Shown here: one piece after another, positions 48,327 to 59,046 of the stretch
How the letters are laid out: each line of letters opens with the position of its first letter
How positions within the stretch are numbered: the stretch's first letter is position 1
NCBI GenBank assembly: GCA_016215705.1
Contig: JACRIR010000209.1
Coordinates: forward strand, 16,530-80,529
Source: Candidatus Poribacteria bacterium
Lineage (GTDB): Bacteria; Abyssobacteria; SURF-5
Direction: 5' to 3'
DNA length: 64,000 bases
Translations under genes and position numbers: made by a program
Notes under the pieces: generated by a model
Database searches by the model: none
What the model was told of the DNA's origin: nothing
What the model saw: only the letters and a program-made list of their open reading frames with translations

Positions 48327-49240
48327 TCGACCTGCTCCATTCTTATGCCGTACACTAGCATAATGTCGAAAGGATTGATATATACCACGCGGTCACCCAG
48401 CCCAAGCGAGCGGGTCAGCCACCCCGCGACTCTCTCCACCGTTGAGCTATACAGCCCTGCTCTCTTTATGAAGAAATCCACGTCTATATATTTCCCCACG
48501 TGTTCCAGGCGAACGGTCTCAAATCGGGACTTGGCGAGCAGGCGCTTCAATGTTCCGGGAGTGAAATAGTACAGGTGTTCCCCCTGTTTGATCCCCATCC
48601 AACTTGAACGCCACACTCGAGCAGGGACACTTGCGATGTTCGGAGTAGTAAGCGCGAGGAGCCCACCGGGCCTCAGAAGGCTGTGTGCCTTTTTGAACTC
48701 CTCTGCCGGATCAGGGCAATGCTCGATATAGTCCCACATGGTGACAACGTCAAAGCTCGCTGGCTCCATGTCGGCATTGGCCAACAAGCCGCAGAACACG
48801 TCCACACCAAGGTTCTTGCGCGCAAAGTCGCATGCGAACTCCGATATCTCGACCCCCTGCGCGCGCCAGCCGAGCTCCCTTGCTACCTCGAGTGAGAAAC
48901 CGGTTGCGCAACCGATGTCCAACAACCTTCCCTTGCGATGGGTCCATCCCTCGATTTCCTTGAGACGTCTGTGGAACGTTCTCGAAATCTTTTCGCGGTC
49001 GGCGATGTAATCATCATAGCCCACGGCCCCCGAATCAGCGCTCCGGAAGTATGACTCAGAGTAAAGCTGCCCCATCTCCTGCGAGTCGGGGATATTGTCT
49101 GCTCTCACGAGTCCGCATCCATCGCACTTGAGTAGCCCGAGATTGGGATACACGTATCGGGCTGAACCGGACCCGCAGAGGTTGCACGGTTGGAAGTCAA
49201 TCACTTGACGGTGGGAGTTCATAGCGCTTCTTCCAGTCAT
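48323..49240 (-). CDS. SAM-dependent methyltransferase with N-terminal Cys4 zinc ribbon
   Basis: 305 aa; CNLCGS...CDGCG ribbon, then LLDIGCATGFSL; paralog of the 28900 protein. Confidence 0.8.
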   Translation of the reverse strand: MTGRSAMNSHRQVIDFQPCNLCGSGSARYVYPNLGLLKCDGCGLVRADNIPDSQEMGQLYSESYFRSADSGAVGYDDYIADREKISRTFHRRLKEIEGWTHRKGRLLDIGCATGFSLEVARELGWRAQGVEISEFACDFARKNLGVDVFCGLLANADMEPASFDVVTMWDYIEHCPDPAEEFKKAHSLLRPGGLLALTTPNIASVPARVWRSSWMGIKQGEHLYYFTPGTLKRLLAKSRFETVRLEHVGKYIDVDFFIKRAGLYSSTVERVAGWLTRSLGLGDRVVYINPFDIMLVYGIRMEQVE

Positions 49241-49946
49241 TGATGCGCACCCTTACGATCTCGCAGATCATCGGAAAAGTGTCTCGCAGGACGCTGACTC
49301 TTGTGAGAGGTGAGTTCTTCCAACTAACTGCGACCTCGCCAACGCGAAACCCGAACTTCCTGGCAAGGTAAAGAGCCTCCACGTCGAAACCAAAGCCGTT
49401 GGTGCGCGCAGCCGAAAAAATGGTTGTCGCTGACCCATTCTTGAAATACTTGAACCCGCATTGGGTGTCCAGAATGTCCGGTATCGCCAACAGGCGGACC
49501 AACCGGTTGAATACCTTGCCGCTCAATTCTCTGTACCAGGGACGCCAACCAATGATTGCCGATTCCGTCAGAGCCCTTGAGCCGACAACCACATCCAGCC
49601 CCCTTGAGGCATGCTCTTCGAGTGTCTCCAACTCCGCTATCGGGGTGGCAAGGTCCGCATCAGACAAAAGTACGCTATCAGACCGCGCTTTCAGCATGCC
49701 AGCGCGGACGGCAAAACCCTTTCCCCGATTCGGATGATAGCTGACAAGTCTTACTCCACCATCTTTCTCCGCGTATGCGCCCACGGCGCTATCAGTTGAG
49801 TCCGTGCTTCCATCGCTCACAACAATTATCTCATAGTTTAATCTGCGCTCTTTGAGGTAAGCGGATATGGCTTCAATCGTGGGGCCGATGCGTCCAGCTT
49901 CATTGAAAGCGGGAATCACTACGGAGAGGTCCAGCTTGTGGGTCAT
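49197..49946 (-). CDS. GT2 glycosyltransferase (dolichyl-phosphate beta-glucosyltransferase / polyprenyl-P sugar synthase-like)
   Basis: LSVVIPAFNE...IIVVSDGSTD GT-A motifs; start set at Met (MTHKLDL); the ORF track extends to 50051. Confidence 0.75.
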   Translation of the reverse strand: MTHKLDLSVVIPAFNEAGRIGPTIEAISAYLKERRLNYEIIVVSDGSTDSTDSAVGAYAEKDGGVRLVSYHPNRGKGFAVRAGMLKARSDSVLLSDADLATPIAELETLEEHASRGLDVVVGSRALTESAIIGWRPWYRELSGKVFNRLVRLLAIPDILDTQCGFKYFKNGSATTIFSAARTNGFGFDVEALYLARKFGFRVGEVAVSWKNSPLTRVSVLRDTFPMICEIVRVRINDWKKRYELPPSSD

Positions 49947-50273
49947 GGAAAGAAAACTCGCGCCATTGCATCTCTTATCAATGTGATCCTCTTCTTTCGA
50001 TTCTATGCAACAAACTGACATCATTATAATTGCGGCCTGAGATTGTGTCAAATAACGAGATTCTTAGCCTTCACTCCGCATCCATCATTCCTTGTCATTT
50101 CCCCGTTCCCTCTAATGTTGCTTCTTCTATTCTCCCTCTTTAGCCGACTTTCGACCTTCGACTTGTCTAATTCCCTTTCGTCCTGCTCCTTCTCATTCAT
50201 CATTCATCATTGCATGTCGCCCCCCTTCGCCTTTTCCCCCTCAGCTTTCGCCTCTTACCCCGTCACTTTATAT

Positions 50274-50302
50274 TTGACATATTTAAAGTCGTATGTTATA
50301 CT
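50274..50302 (+). promoter_or_regulatory. Sigma70-like promoter TTGACA-N17-TATACT upstream of the HU/IHF gene
   Basis: Hexamers and 17-bp spacer read from the sequence. Confidence 0.5.
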
Positions 50303-50431
50303 TATGCCGATTTGGACATTAGGCCGCTCGCCTGCTAAAATGCGTGATTACGCAATATAATATGGCCAAAATAAAAATTGTATGGGGGCACGGCGCTTTT
50401 GCGGTTGGGATAACGAAAGGAGTTCGGTCTC

Positions 50432-50731
50432 ATGACGAAAAGGGAGTTGGTAATTGAGGTCGCCAGGAAGCTCGGCTTCACCCAGAACGACGTAGGACGG
50501 GTGGTCCAAGAGGCCTTCGATGTAATTACCGAATCGCTTGCCCAGGGTAAACGCCTTGAAATCAGAAACTTCGGAGTATTCGAAGTTAAGACCCGCGACG
50601 CCCGTATTGGCCGTAATCCGAGAACAGGCGAAGAAGTGCCTATCCCGGAAAAGCGCGTTGCCACATTTAAGCCGGGCAAACTCATCAAAGAGAAAGTGGA
50701 GAATTCCCGCCCAGAACCGGCTGCGCAGTAG
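50432..50731 (+). CDS. HU/IHF-family nucleoid-associated DNA-binding protein
   Basis: 99 aa; ...GFGVFEVKTRDARIGRNPRTGEEVPIP beta-arm signature. Confidence 0.9.
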   Translation: MTKRELVIEVARKLGFTQNDVGRVVQEAFDVITESLAQGKRLEIRNFGVFEVKTRDARIGRNPRTGEEVPIPEKRVATFKPGKLIKEKVENSRPEPAAQ

Positions 50732-50779
50732 CACAAAGAGTCCCGCTTTGAACAGTAAGGCATTACAGCAGGATTATAC

Positions 50780-51451
50780 GTGTGTCCCGTTTCCAATACC
50801 CAAAACTCTTTCCCCTCACTTGAGTTATATGTAATAATCGATGAATGCCTTCTCTCGACGACTCGTGTCGAAGACGCTCTCGAAAAAGCGCTGATGGGGG
50901 GAGCTGACGCAATCCAATTCCGCGCAAAACGGCTTTCCAAGCGCGGCTACTATGAAATGGCGGTCAGACTTCTATCTCATGCTCGACACATGAGCAAACC
51001 GTTCTTCGTCAATGACCATCTCGATGTGGCGCTTGCCATTGGGGCTGATGGTGTGCATCTTGGACAGGATGACTTCCCGTGTCACGCCGCGCGACGATTG
51101 ACGCCGAAAGGAATGATGATCGGCGTGTCCTCTCACTGTGTCGAACAAGCGATTAGGGCTGCTGCTGACGGCGCCAACTACATTGCAGTTGGCCCTGTTT
51201 TCCCGACGACTACCAAGGATAAGCCCGAGCCTGTCGTGGGACTTGGAATGATTTCCAAGGTCAAGGCTCGCATAGGCGCTGTCCCCCTAGTCGCCATCGG
51301 GGGAATCAACAGAGACAACGTCTCGGAAGTGGTTCGGTCAGGAGCCGACGGCGTCGCTGTCGCCTCGGCTGTGGCGCTGGCGTATGATCCCGTCGCCGTG
51401 GCAATGGAACTAAAACACAGAATCCGTCTCGAACGAGAACGAGTCTGCTAG
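50780..51451 (+). CDS. thiE: Thiamine-phosphate synthase
   Basis: 223 aa; LYVIIDE N-terminus; ...AIGGIN...GADGVAV TIM-barrel motifs. Confidence 0.8.
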   Translation: MCPVSNTQNSFPSLELYVIIDECLLSTTRVEDALEKALMGGADAIQFRAKRLSKRGYYEMAVRLLSHARHMSKPFFVNDHLDVALAIGADGVHLGQDDFPCHAARRLTPKGMMIGVSSHCVEQAIRAAADGANYIAVGPVFPTTTKDKPEPVVGLGMISKVKARIGAVPLVAIGGINRDNVSEVVRSGADGVAVASAVALAYDPVAVAMELKHRIRLERERVC

Positions 51452-51640
51452 AATAGTCACATCTCGAAGCCTTCTTTTGCAGAACCGCCAGGAGCCTGGC
51501 AGCCGCTTTGTGGGTTGGTTGGGAAAGAAAGGTGAAGTCGGAAACCGGAAGTAAGTCTGTTTTCTTCTTTCCGGAGTTTCCCCTTCTCCTTGTTCCTTTC
51601 GTCTTTCGCCTATTCCTCAAAGGAGGGGAGATACCTGTCT

Positions 51641-52774
51641 ATGCCTTTGCCATGCAAAACTCTCACGCCTCTCATTGTTGCTTGCGCCTTATTCATAAGT
51701 GCGTGCGGCCGTAGTCCCGGGGCAGGAGAACTCGAGTTCAAAACGACAAAAGTGACACGGGGCGATATTGAACATCGTGTCATTGCAACGGGAAAGATCA
51801 AGCCCCTGTCGAAAGTGGAAATAAGATCGAAGGTCGACGGCATCATCAAGACGATCGCCGTTGATGAAGGCGACCACGTATCGAAAGGACAAATCATCCT
51901 CGAGCTTGACAAGGATATTCTCTCCTCAAGAGTCAAGGAGGCGCAAAGTTCTCTCGAAAGAGCCCAAGCAAGATATGAGCAGGCCCGGATCGAAGCCTCC
52001 ACAAGTGAAATGGACTCCGTTCAGAAGAGATACGATCGCCTGAAGAGGCTTTTTGAACAGGGTCTCGTGCCGGAACAGCAACTGGAAGATGCCGAAACCG
52101 CTCTTACGATTGCGACAGAGACCCATAAGGCAAGACGGACAGCTATCTCGATGGCGAAGGCGGAATTGTCCGCGGTCACGGCGGCGCTCGAGCGCGCGGA
52201 AAACGAACTGAGTTATGCGACAATCGTTTCGCCGGTCGATGGCATAGTTCTGAGTCGCGACGTAGACGTGGGAGGAGCCGTTGCATCGGTAGTTTCGACC
52301 ATGGGCACGTTGCTCATGACCCTTGGCGATGTCCGGGAAATGCATCTAGTTGGAGACGTTGATGAAAGCGACGTCGGCCTGGTTCGCGAGGGAATGCCGG
52401 CGCGGATTACCGTCGAATCATACCCCGGCAAGAAGTTTCAAGGCACTGTCAAGACGATATCGCCTCTCGGCGTCGAAAAAGACAAAATCATGAACTTCGA
52501 GGTCGAAGTAACCATCGAGGCGAATGACGTGCCGCTCAGGTCTAACATGACCGCAGATGCCGAGATTATCATTGAAGAACATAAGAATGTGCTGTTACTG
52601 CCGCAGAATGCCATCCGCTACAAGCGGGAACAAAGCTTTGTGGAAGTGCCCGACTCCAAAGCGGATACCCACAAGCGCGCTGTGGATGTTGCGCTCGGGA
52701 TTACCGGTACAAACTTCAGCGAAGTGCTCTCGGGCCTGAAAGAGGGCGATGAGGTCATCGTATCGGGCCAATGA
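51641..52774 (+). CDS. Efflux periplasmic adaptor (HlyD/MFP family, MacA-like), lipoprotein-type signal
   Basis: Start at [23 protein letters not shown], preceded by AGGAGGGG SD; coiled-coil and beta-barrel MFP regions. Confidence 0.8.
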   Translation: MPLPCKTLTPLIVACALFISACGRSPGAGELEFKTTKVTRGDIEHRVIATGKIKPLSKVEIRSKVDGIIKTIAVDEGDHVSKGQIILELDKDILSSRVKEAQSSLERAQARYEQARIEASTSEMDSVQKRYDRLKRLFEQGLVPEQQLEDAETALTIATETHKARRTAISMAKAELSAVTAALERAENELSYATIVSPVDGIVLSRDVDVGGAVASVVSTMGTLLMTLGDVREMHLVGDVDESDVGLVREGMPARITVESYPGKKFQGTVKTISPLGVEKDKIMNFEVEVTIEANDVPLRSNMTADAEIIIEEHKNVLLLPQNAIRYKREQSFVEVPDSKADTHKRAVDVALGITGTNFSEVLSGLKEGDEVIVSGQ

Positions 52775-53460
52775 ACAACTCTCTGATTTCACTCAAGAAC
52801 ATTACAAAAGTCTATAACTCCTCCGAGGTGGAGGTGCACGCCTTGCGCGGTGTTTCCATCGACATTCAAAAGGGTGAATTCGTTTCCATCATAGGGCCGT
52901 CCGGCTCCGGCAAGACTACTTTGATGGATATCATTGGCTGCCTGTCTCGACCCACTTCCGGAGAATACTATCTCGATGGCAACAATGTCAGCAATCTCGA
53001 CGACGACACTCTCGCCGAGTTGCGCAACAAGAAGATAGGATTCGTCTTTCAAACGTTCAACTTGTTGCCGCGACTGACTGCCCTTCAAAACGTCGAGCTT
53101 CCCCTCATCTACGGTGGCGTTACTTCAAAGGAACGAGTCCGGCGGGCCAGAGAACTTCTGGAGTCCGTTGGTCTCGCGGATCGTATTCACCACAAGCCCA
53201 GCGCCCTCTCCGGCGGCCAAATACAGCGTGTGGCCGTGGCGCGGGCGCTCGTCAACCGGCCCTCTCTCATCTTGGCCGACGAGCCCACCGGCAACCTTGA
53301 CAGTAAGTCCGAAGCTGAAGTGACAGCAATACTCAGAGAACTTCACGAAAAGGGAAACACTATTGTCATTGTAACCCATAACCCGGCCGTGGCCGAGCAG
53401 GCAAAAAGGATTGTCTCCGTCAAGGACGGCCAGATTATCTCGGACACGCCAAAACAATAA
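52771..53460 (+). CDS. ABC transporter ATP-binding protein (MacB/LolD type)
   Basis: 229 aa; Walker [10 protein letters not shown], signature [15 protein letters not shown], Walker [13 protein letters not shown]. Confidence 0.9.
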   Translation: MNNSLISLKNITKVYNSSEVEVHALRGVSIDIQKGEFVSIIGPSGSGKTTLMDIIGCLSRPTSGEYYLDGNNVSNLDDDTLAELRNKKIGFVFQTFNLLPRLTALQNVELPLIYGGVTSKERVRRARELLESVGLADRIHHKPSALSGGQIQRVAVARALVNRPSLILADEPTGNLDSKSEAEVTAILRELHEKGNTIVIVTHNPAVAEQAKRIVSVKDGQIISDTPKQ

Positions 53461-53461
53461 C

Positions 53462-53609
53462 CGACATGGGCCTAACCTGAAACCCGAAACTTGAAACCTG
53501 AAACGGCCGGCCGGAACCCGAAATCCCGGACATTCAACGCAACACGCAATACGTAATACGCAACACGAAAGCATGTTTTTTTGCAGAGCGGATCAGGTGC
53601 GTCTCTAAT
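53462..53609. repeat. Microrepeat-rich intergenic spacer (heptamers NNGAAAC x4, CGCAAYAC repeats)
   Basis: aacctgaaacccgaaacttgaaacctgaaac ... caacgcaacacgcaatacgtaatacgcaacacg. Confidence 0.6.
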
Positions 53610-54848
53610 ATGAATCTCCACAACATCATTGCTCAGGCATTTCAGAGTCTCGCCACAAACAGGTTGCGCTCTGCGCTCACCATGCTGGGAGTCATATGGG
53701 GTACCGCCTCGGTCGTCTTCTTGTTGGGATGGGGTAAAGGCTTCATCAACGTGATGGAAACCGAGACGCGCGCAGGCGGTGACGGTTACGTTGTGTTCTG
53801 GGCGAAACGGGCTCGTTCTGAGACCGCCGGGCGAAAGGGGGCGCGCCAACTTACCTTCGAACTGAAGGAAATTGATGTCGTTCGCAATCATTGCCCTTCA
53901 GTGAGATATGTTACTCCAACCAGGAGAGTGTTCGGTCTCACGAAGTATGAGAATAGGCTGAAAAGCGGACAAATCTGTGGTGTCAACGCGGACGCATTTA
54001 ATATTTACAACCTGAGTGTCGAGGAGGGCCGTTTCCTTCAGCCCGACGACGTAAAATATCAAAGAAGAGTCATTGTCCTTGGCGCTGATCTGAAAGAGGC
54101 TCTGTTCCCTCCAGGTCTCTCGGCGATAGGGCGTACAGTCAACATCATGGGCATCTCCCTCGAGGTAATCGGGACATTGAAGAAAAAAGGAGACGTATTG
54201 ATCATGATGTACGGACCCGATGATGAAAAGGCTTATGTGCCGATCACTTCCATGCTGCAATATGTTGCCGGCGCCAGAGACATAGGCCAGATTGATTTCC
54301 AGCCGAAAGACCCTTCTGCGAGCAAGGCATGCATCCGGGAGGTCAAAACAGCGCTCGCAAAAGAACTCAACTTCTCGCCCGATGACGACGAAGCGCTTGA
54401 AATATTCGACGTCACAGGCTTGATTAGCTCTTTGGACACAATGTCGCTCATTCTGGCTGTGTTTGTGACTATGGTCGGCGTGATTACTTTGTTCGTCGGC
54501 GCGGTAGGCGTCATGAATATCATGCTCATTAGTGTCACTGAAAGAACCCGCGAGATCGGGATATGCAAGGCCATCGGCGCAAAACGAAAGCATATCCTGA
54601 CGCAGTTTCTGGCGGAAGCTATGACGATAACAGTTGCCAGCGGCATTATCGGAATCTTGTTGGGATGCGCGGTCAGCCTCATATTCGCCGCTGTCCCACG
54701 GCCCAAGATTCTCGCGGCGCCGGAAATCTCGTTTCTTACGCTATTCATCAGTTTCATTGTAATGGTTTTTGTCGGATTGTTCGCGGGCGTTGTGCCCGCG
54801 CTCCGCGCTGCGAACATGGAGCCAGTCGAATCGTTGCGATACGAATGA
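53610..54848 (+). CDS. ABC transporter permease (FtsX/MacB-type)
   Basis: 412 aa; N-terminal TM, large periplasmic domain, three C-terminal TM segments. Confidence 0.85.
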   Translation: MNLHNIIAQAFQSLATNRLRSALTMLGVIWGTASVVFLLGWGKGFINVMETETRAGGDGYVVFWAKRARSETAGRKGARQLTFELKEIDVVRNHCPSVRYVTPTRRVFGLTKYENRLKSGQICGVNADAFNIYNLSVEEGRFLQPDDVKYQRRVIVLGADLKEALFPPGLSAIGRTVNIMGISLEVIGTLKKKGDVLIMMYGPDDEKAYVPITSMLQYVAGARDIGQIDFQPKDPSASKACIREVKTALAKELNFSPDDDEALEIFDVTGLISSLDTMSLILAVFVTMVGVITLFVGAVGVMNIMLISVTERTREIGICKAIGAKRKHILTQFLAEAMTITVASGIIGILLGCAVSLIFAAVPRPKILAAPEISFLTLFISFIVMVFVGLFAGVVPALRAANMEPVESLRYE

Positions 54849-54930
54849 ACATTTTCCTGAATATGTTCGTAGGCGCGAAATTCATTGCGCCCTTGTAGGT
54901 GCGAATTTATTCGCACAATTGAATTGATGT

Positions 54931-56172
54931 ATGTTCCTTCTTGAATCCATAAACCAGGCATGGCAGCTACTCAGGGCCCACAAGGTCCGAACCGGACTGA
55001 CTATGTTCGGAATCATATGGGGAATCGCCTCAATGATCATCCTTGTCGGCATGGGGAGATCGTCGCAGAGACTCTTCTACCACGAATTCCAAAAGATAGG
55101 CCAGAAAATGATCGTTGTCTGGGCCGGTCAATCCAGCAGCGGCCTCAGCGGGATCAAAGGAGGACGACCGATACGATTCACGATCGACGATGTCAAGGCC
55201 ATCAAAGAACACTGTCCCAGCGTGGAAGTAGTTAGTCCTCAGGTCGGGATCGGATATCTGGATGCCAAACTCGGCAACGAATCCGTGCCTTCTGATGTCT
55301 TTGGGGTCGACGATAACTCGCAAACCATTCGAAGTATGGATATCGCTCATGGAAGGTTTATCGGTCAGGATGACGTAGAACTTGGCCGTCGAGTCTGCGT
55401 ATTGGGCGCGAAGATCAAGAAAAAGCTTTTCGGTGACCAGCCGGCAGTAGGGGAATCCATCCGATTAGCCGGATTGAGCTTTAGCGTGGTCGGCGTGATG
55501 GCGGAAAAAGGGGATCAGTTAAGTCGCGCCAGCGCCAGTCTCGATGACGAACAAGTGTCGATTCCCTACACCACTGCCCAAAAACTGTTCACGGGATCGA
55601 AGTATTTCTACATGATATATTTCCAGCCATATTCGTTGACGCAAGACAAAGCAGCCCGTGAAGAGGTTCGTCAAACACTCAGCTTTCGGCACGGGTTTAC
55701 TCTCGATGACAAGGATGCCGTCCATATGTTCGGAACGGCGGATATGATTGAGAGAGTTTATGGTGTCACCGTTGGAATGCAAATTTTTCTCGGCGCTGCC
55801 AGCGTCGTTACCCTTTTGATCGGTGGAATCGGCGTCATGAACATCATGTTTGTCTCTATCAACGAACGCATCAGAGAGATCGGCATCATCAAGGCGGTTG
55901 GCGCCAAGAAACGGCAGGTCTTTTTGCAGTTCCTCGTCGAGTCGGTGTTCGTCACCTTTATCGCCGGCTCCATAGGCGTCCTCATTGGATGCTCGATTTG
56001 CTTCATTCTTGGCATGTTCAAGCTGCCACGCCTCGTCGCCGCGCCGGAAATTGATCCGCTTGTAATGGCAATCTCGTTTCTTACGATGACTCTCGTAGGA
56101 ATCATGTCAGGCATTCTTCCCGCGCTGAGAGCCTCCCGAATGCAAATCGTCGAGGCCCTCCGGTTTTATTAA
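54931..56172 (+). CDS. ABC transporter permease (FtsX/MacB-type), paralog
   Basis: 413 aa; same architecture as the 53610 protein. Confidence 0.85.
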   Translation: MFLLESINQAWQLLRAHKVRTGLTMFGIIWGIASMIILVGMGRSSQRLFYHEFQKIGQKMIVVWAGQSSSGLSGIKGGRPIRFTIDDVKAIKEHCPSVEVVSPQVGIGYLDAKLGNESVPSDVFGVDDNSQTIRSMDIAHGRFIGQDDVELGRRVCVLGAKIKKKLFGDQPAVGESIRLAGLSFSVVGVMAEKGDQLSRASASLDDEQVSIPYTTAQKLFTGSKYFYMIYFQPYSLTQDKAAREEVRQTLSFRHGFTLDDKDAVHMFGTADMIERVYGVTVGMQIFLGAASVVTLLIGGIGVMNIMFVSINERIREIGIIKAVGAKKRQVFLQFLVESVFVTFIAGSIGVLIGCSICFILGMFKLPRLVAAPEIDPLVMAISFLTMTLVGIMSGILPALRASRMQIVEALRFY

Positions 56173-56207
56173 TGTTCACCGATTCGCGCGCAAGCAATGT
56201 CCGAAAC

Positions 56208-56235
56208 GTCATTCTGAGCCAAACGAAGAATCTCC
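56208..56235. repeat. Degenerate solo copy of the 27-bp repeat core
   Basis: gtcattctgagccaaacgaagaatctcc. Confidence 0.7.
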
Positions 56236-56301
56236 TGTTTCGGGCACGGAGAATTCTAAGATGATGCTATTCGTGGTCTCCAACATCGGCCATACTGCAC
56301 T

Positions 56302-59013
56302 ATGAGTCCAAATAGAAAGAAGAGCGTCATTGTCTTCTCTGCCCTTGTCGTTTTCCTCGTAATTGTTCTCCTCATCTCGCGCATGTTTTCTCAAGAATGG
56401 CTCAACCATAAGCTCATGGCTTCGTTGCCCGAGGGAGTGACCGCCGACTCAATTCACGCAACCTTTTCCGGAAAGATTGTCGCAAAAGGGCTGCAAGCGC
56501 ACACAGCAGCGGGGAAGGAACCCTTGCTCTTTAGTGCGGATGAAGTGCGAATTCAACTGAATCGTCTTGCTCTAATCAAACAGGTGATTCTCCCACAGCA
56601 CGACCTCAAAACCTTTCCGCTGCGCCTGACCTCCACTCTCAATCAAGGGCAGATCGCAAGAGATGGATTCAGGCGGAAATACGAATCATTTGCTGAACTC
56701 TACAAGAATTTCCTCAACCTGCCTTGGCGCGAAATCAAGGTTGACCGGGGGCGTTTAACCGCTGGCGCACTCGAGGCGGAATCGCTCGTAGCCGGGCCTA
56801 TCGGTTTAATCGCTGACAGACAACTCGGTCGCTCGGCGAACATGAAATTGACAATTGACCGCGTGGCTTTCGACCAGGGCTCGGCAAATTCCCCCTTGGA
56901 AGGTTTGCGTGTCGTCGCCAGGCTGTCCGAAAATGGCATCGTCCTCGAGAACTTCCAACTCTTCTCAGGCTCGGCAAGACTTCGAGCCTCGGGAGAGATG
57001 TCAGACATCAAGAATCTCATCGGCCAACTGATCCTCGATTCGTCCACGGACGCCGGATTCCTTAAAGCCGTCCTCAACAGAGAGATGCCGTTTTTCTCAG
57101 CCCTCACAACGACTGCTAAACTGGACTTCCGGGAGAGTAAATGGCATCTTGCGGCAAAGATGACCCCCGAGACTCCCTCCTATCAGGCGTTGCGAAACCT
57201 TGAGATCGTTGCCGATGGCCAGGTCGGCGACACGATCAGCGCTCAGAACGTGACCATCCGGAATGACTTGCTGCAAATCTCTTGCAGGGGGAATCTGCTC
57301 GATCAGCGCAGTTTGAACATTGCTCTTCAGTTGAGAACCGTTCCGCTGGCTCTGCTCAATCCAACATCAACAATCAACGTCGCCCGGAGCGCTTGGCTTG
57401 TTAATGGGAATCTATCTGGCAGTCTTGCAACACCAATTTTTCGAGGAGCCTTCGTTTCTCAGCCCGGCCCCGCAACTGCAGGCGACAGCGCAAAGGGCAG
57501 CATGGAGTACGAGAATGGGAATCTTACCTTCAGAAACCTCGACATTCGGACCGTCTCGGGAAGGCTTCAGGGCGAAGCGACCATTGAGTTCGGAAGGGAG
57601 AAGCCAATCAAGGGCAGACTCGCGCTGACGGACCTTGCACTGGAGGATTGTTGCAGGCGATCCGGAATCGCAGCGTCTGTCAAGGGAACAGCGGGCGGAA
57701 GACTCGAAATCAGTGGCAACCTCAAACACCCGCTTGTGAATGGCTGGATCAAATCAGAAAACGTCAGCGTTGGAGGAACGCTCGTCGCGCCCGTCGAAGT
57801 TGATTTTGCTCCCAACCTGAACAGTATCGACATCTCCGGGAAGGCGCTTAATGAATTGGTCAGCTTTACGGCGCAAACCTCTCCCGAAAACGTCAGTCAA
57901 GTCGGCGGCAAGATCGTCTTCAAGGAAATCAACTCGAAAGACCTCACTCGCGTTCTGGGAAAAGACCTCTTTTATGGCGCGACGTTTTCGTGCGTTGGCA
58001 GCAGCAAATTCTCGTTGGACATCAATGAGCCGCGCCACGCGAGGCTCAACTTGACGTTGAACAAGCTTAAGATCGAACACGACGGCGCCAGGTTCGTCAG
58101 TAGTGAGGCGGTCGTCGCGCGTATCAGTGATTCCACAATCAAAATTGAGAAAATGAACCTAAAAGCTGCACCTGGGGGCATGGTCGATATTTCGGGCGCA
58201 GTGGAACTAATCCCTAATGCTAAACCGCTCCTTAACCTTCACGCTCGAGCAGTCGGGTTTCCCCTCTCCTATGCGGGAAAATATCATGAACTGCTGAAAT
58301 CGGCGCAGGGCAACGGCGACGCCGAGATAAACATAGGCGGCGACGCGGGCAAGCCCATCTTTTCCGGCAGGCTCATGACCTCAAACTCGACTGTCAAGCT
58401 GCCATTTTTCCAATCACCGTCAGCAGTTCAGCATGCGACGATTGAGTTTAGTGAGAACAATTTAGTTGGGAAACCGGTAAGACTCAAGGTTGGCGACGGT
58501 TCGATATCAGGCTCCTTCTCTTATCGCAACCCCATGCTTGCGGTCAACGCCGATTTCGTGAATCTGAAAGGTTTGGAACTAAGCAGACTGTTGCCGGCGC
58601 AATTCCTGACCACTCTGGATTCACGATGGGATGGAACAGTCACTCTGTCCGCGGATACTCGAACTCCGCAGACTCTGACAGGAGCAGTAGCGCTTGGTAA
58701 AATCGAAGCCCTCGTTGCAGACCATACTTTCGCGCTCGGGCGGCGTGGCAATATCCGCCTGTCGCAAGGGGTTCTCGAGTTTCCGGATTTGGCTTTTGTC
58801 GACACCCTCACGGGTGGTGTCTTTTCTGTTTCGGGAAGAATGGAACTTTTCGGAAAACGGAACGTGGACATCCGATTGCTGGCTTCAAACGCAGACCTGT
58901 CGCTCTTCAAGGCTCTGTCAAAGGTTGACAATCTTCCCGGCAAGGCGAATGTGGAATTGACCATGCGCGGTCCCGCAGACCATCCGCAGATTACCGTTAC
59001 CGTGCGGAGGTAA
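56302..59013 (+). CDS. AsmA/TamB-like large envelope-assembly protein
   Basis: 903 aa; N-terminal TM anchor, then a long beta-rich periplasmic domain. Confidence 0.55.
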   Translation: MSPNRKKSVIVFSALVVFLVIVLLISRMFSQEWLNHKLMASLPEGVTADSIHATFSGKIVAKGLQAHTAAGKEPLLFSADEVRIQLNRLALIKQVILPQHDLKTFPLRLTSTLNQGQIARDGFRRKYESFAELYKNFLNLPWREIKVDRGRLTAGALEAESLVAGPIGLIADRQLGRSANMKLTIDRVAFDQGSANSPLEGLRVVARLSENGIVLENFQLFSGSARLRASGEMSDIKNLIGQLILDSSTDAGFLKAVLNREMPFFSALTTTAKLDFRESKWHLAAKMTPETPSYQALRNLEIVADGQVGDTISAQNVTIRNDLLQISCRGNLLDQRSLNIALQLRTVPLALLNPTSTINVARSAWLVNGNLSGSLATPIFRGAFVSQPGPATAGDSAKGSMEYENGNLTFRNLDIRTVSGRLQGEATIEFGREKPIKGRLALTDLALEDCCRRSGIAASVKGTAGGRLEISGNLKHPLVNGWIKSENVSVGGTLVAPVEVDFAPNLNSIDISGKALNELVSFTAQTSPENVSQVGGKIVFKEINSKDLTRVLGKDLFYGATFSCVGSSKFSLDINEPRHARLNLTLNKLKIEHDGARFVSSEAVVARISDSTIKIEKMNLKAAPGGMVDISGAVELIPNAKPLLNLHARAVGFPLSYAGKYHELLKSAQGNGDAEINIGGDAGKPIFSGRLMTSNSTVKLPFFQSPSAVQHATIEFSENNLVGKPVRLKVGDGSISGSFSYRNPMLAVNADFVNLKGLELSRLLPAQFLTTLDSRWDGTVTLSADTRTPQTLTGAVALGKIEALVADHTFALGRRGNIRLSQGVLEFPDLAFVDTLTGGVFSVSGRMELFGKRNVDIRLLASNADLSLFKALSKVDNLPGKANVELTMRGPADHPQITVTVRR

Positions 59014-59046
59014 ACTCAATGAATGGAACCACACCCTCCCACATCC

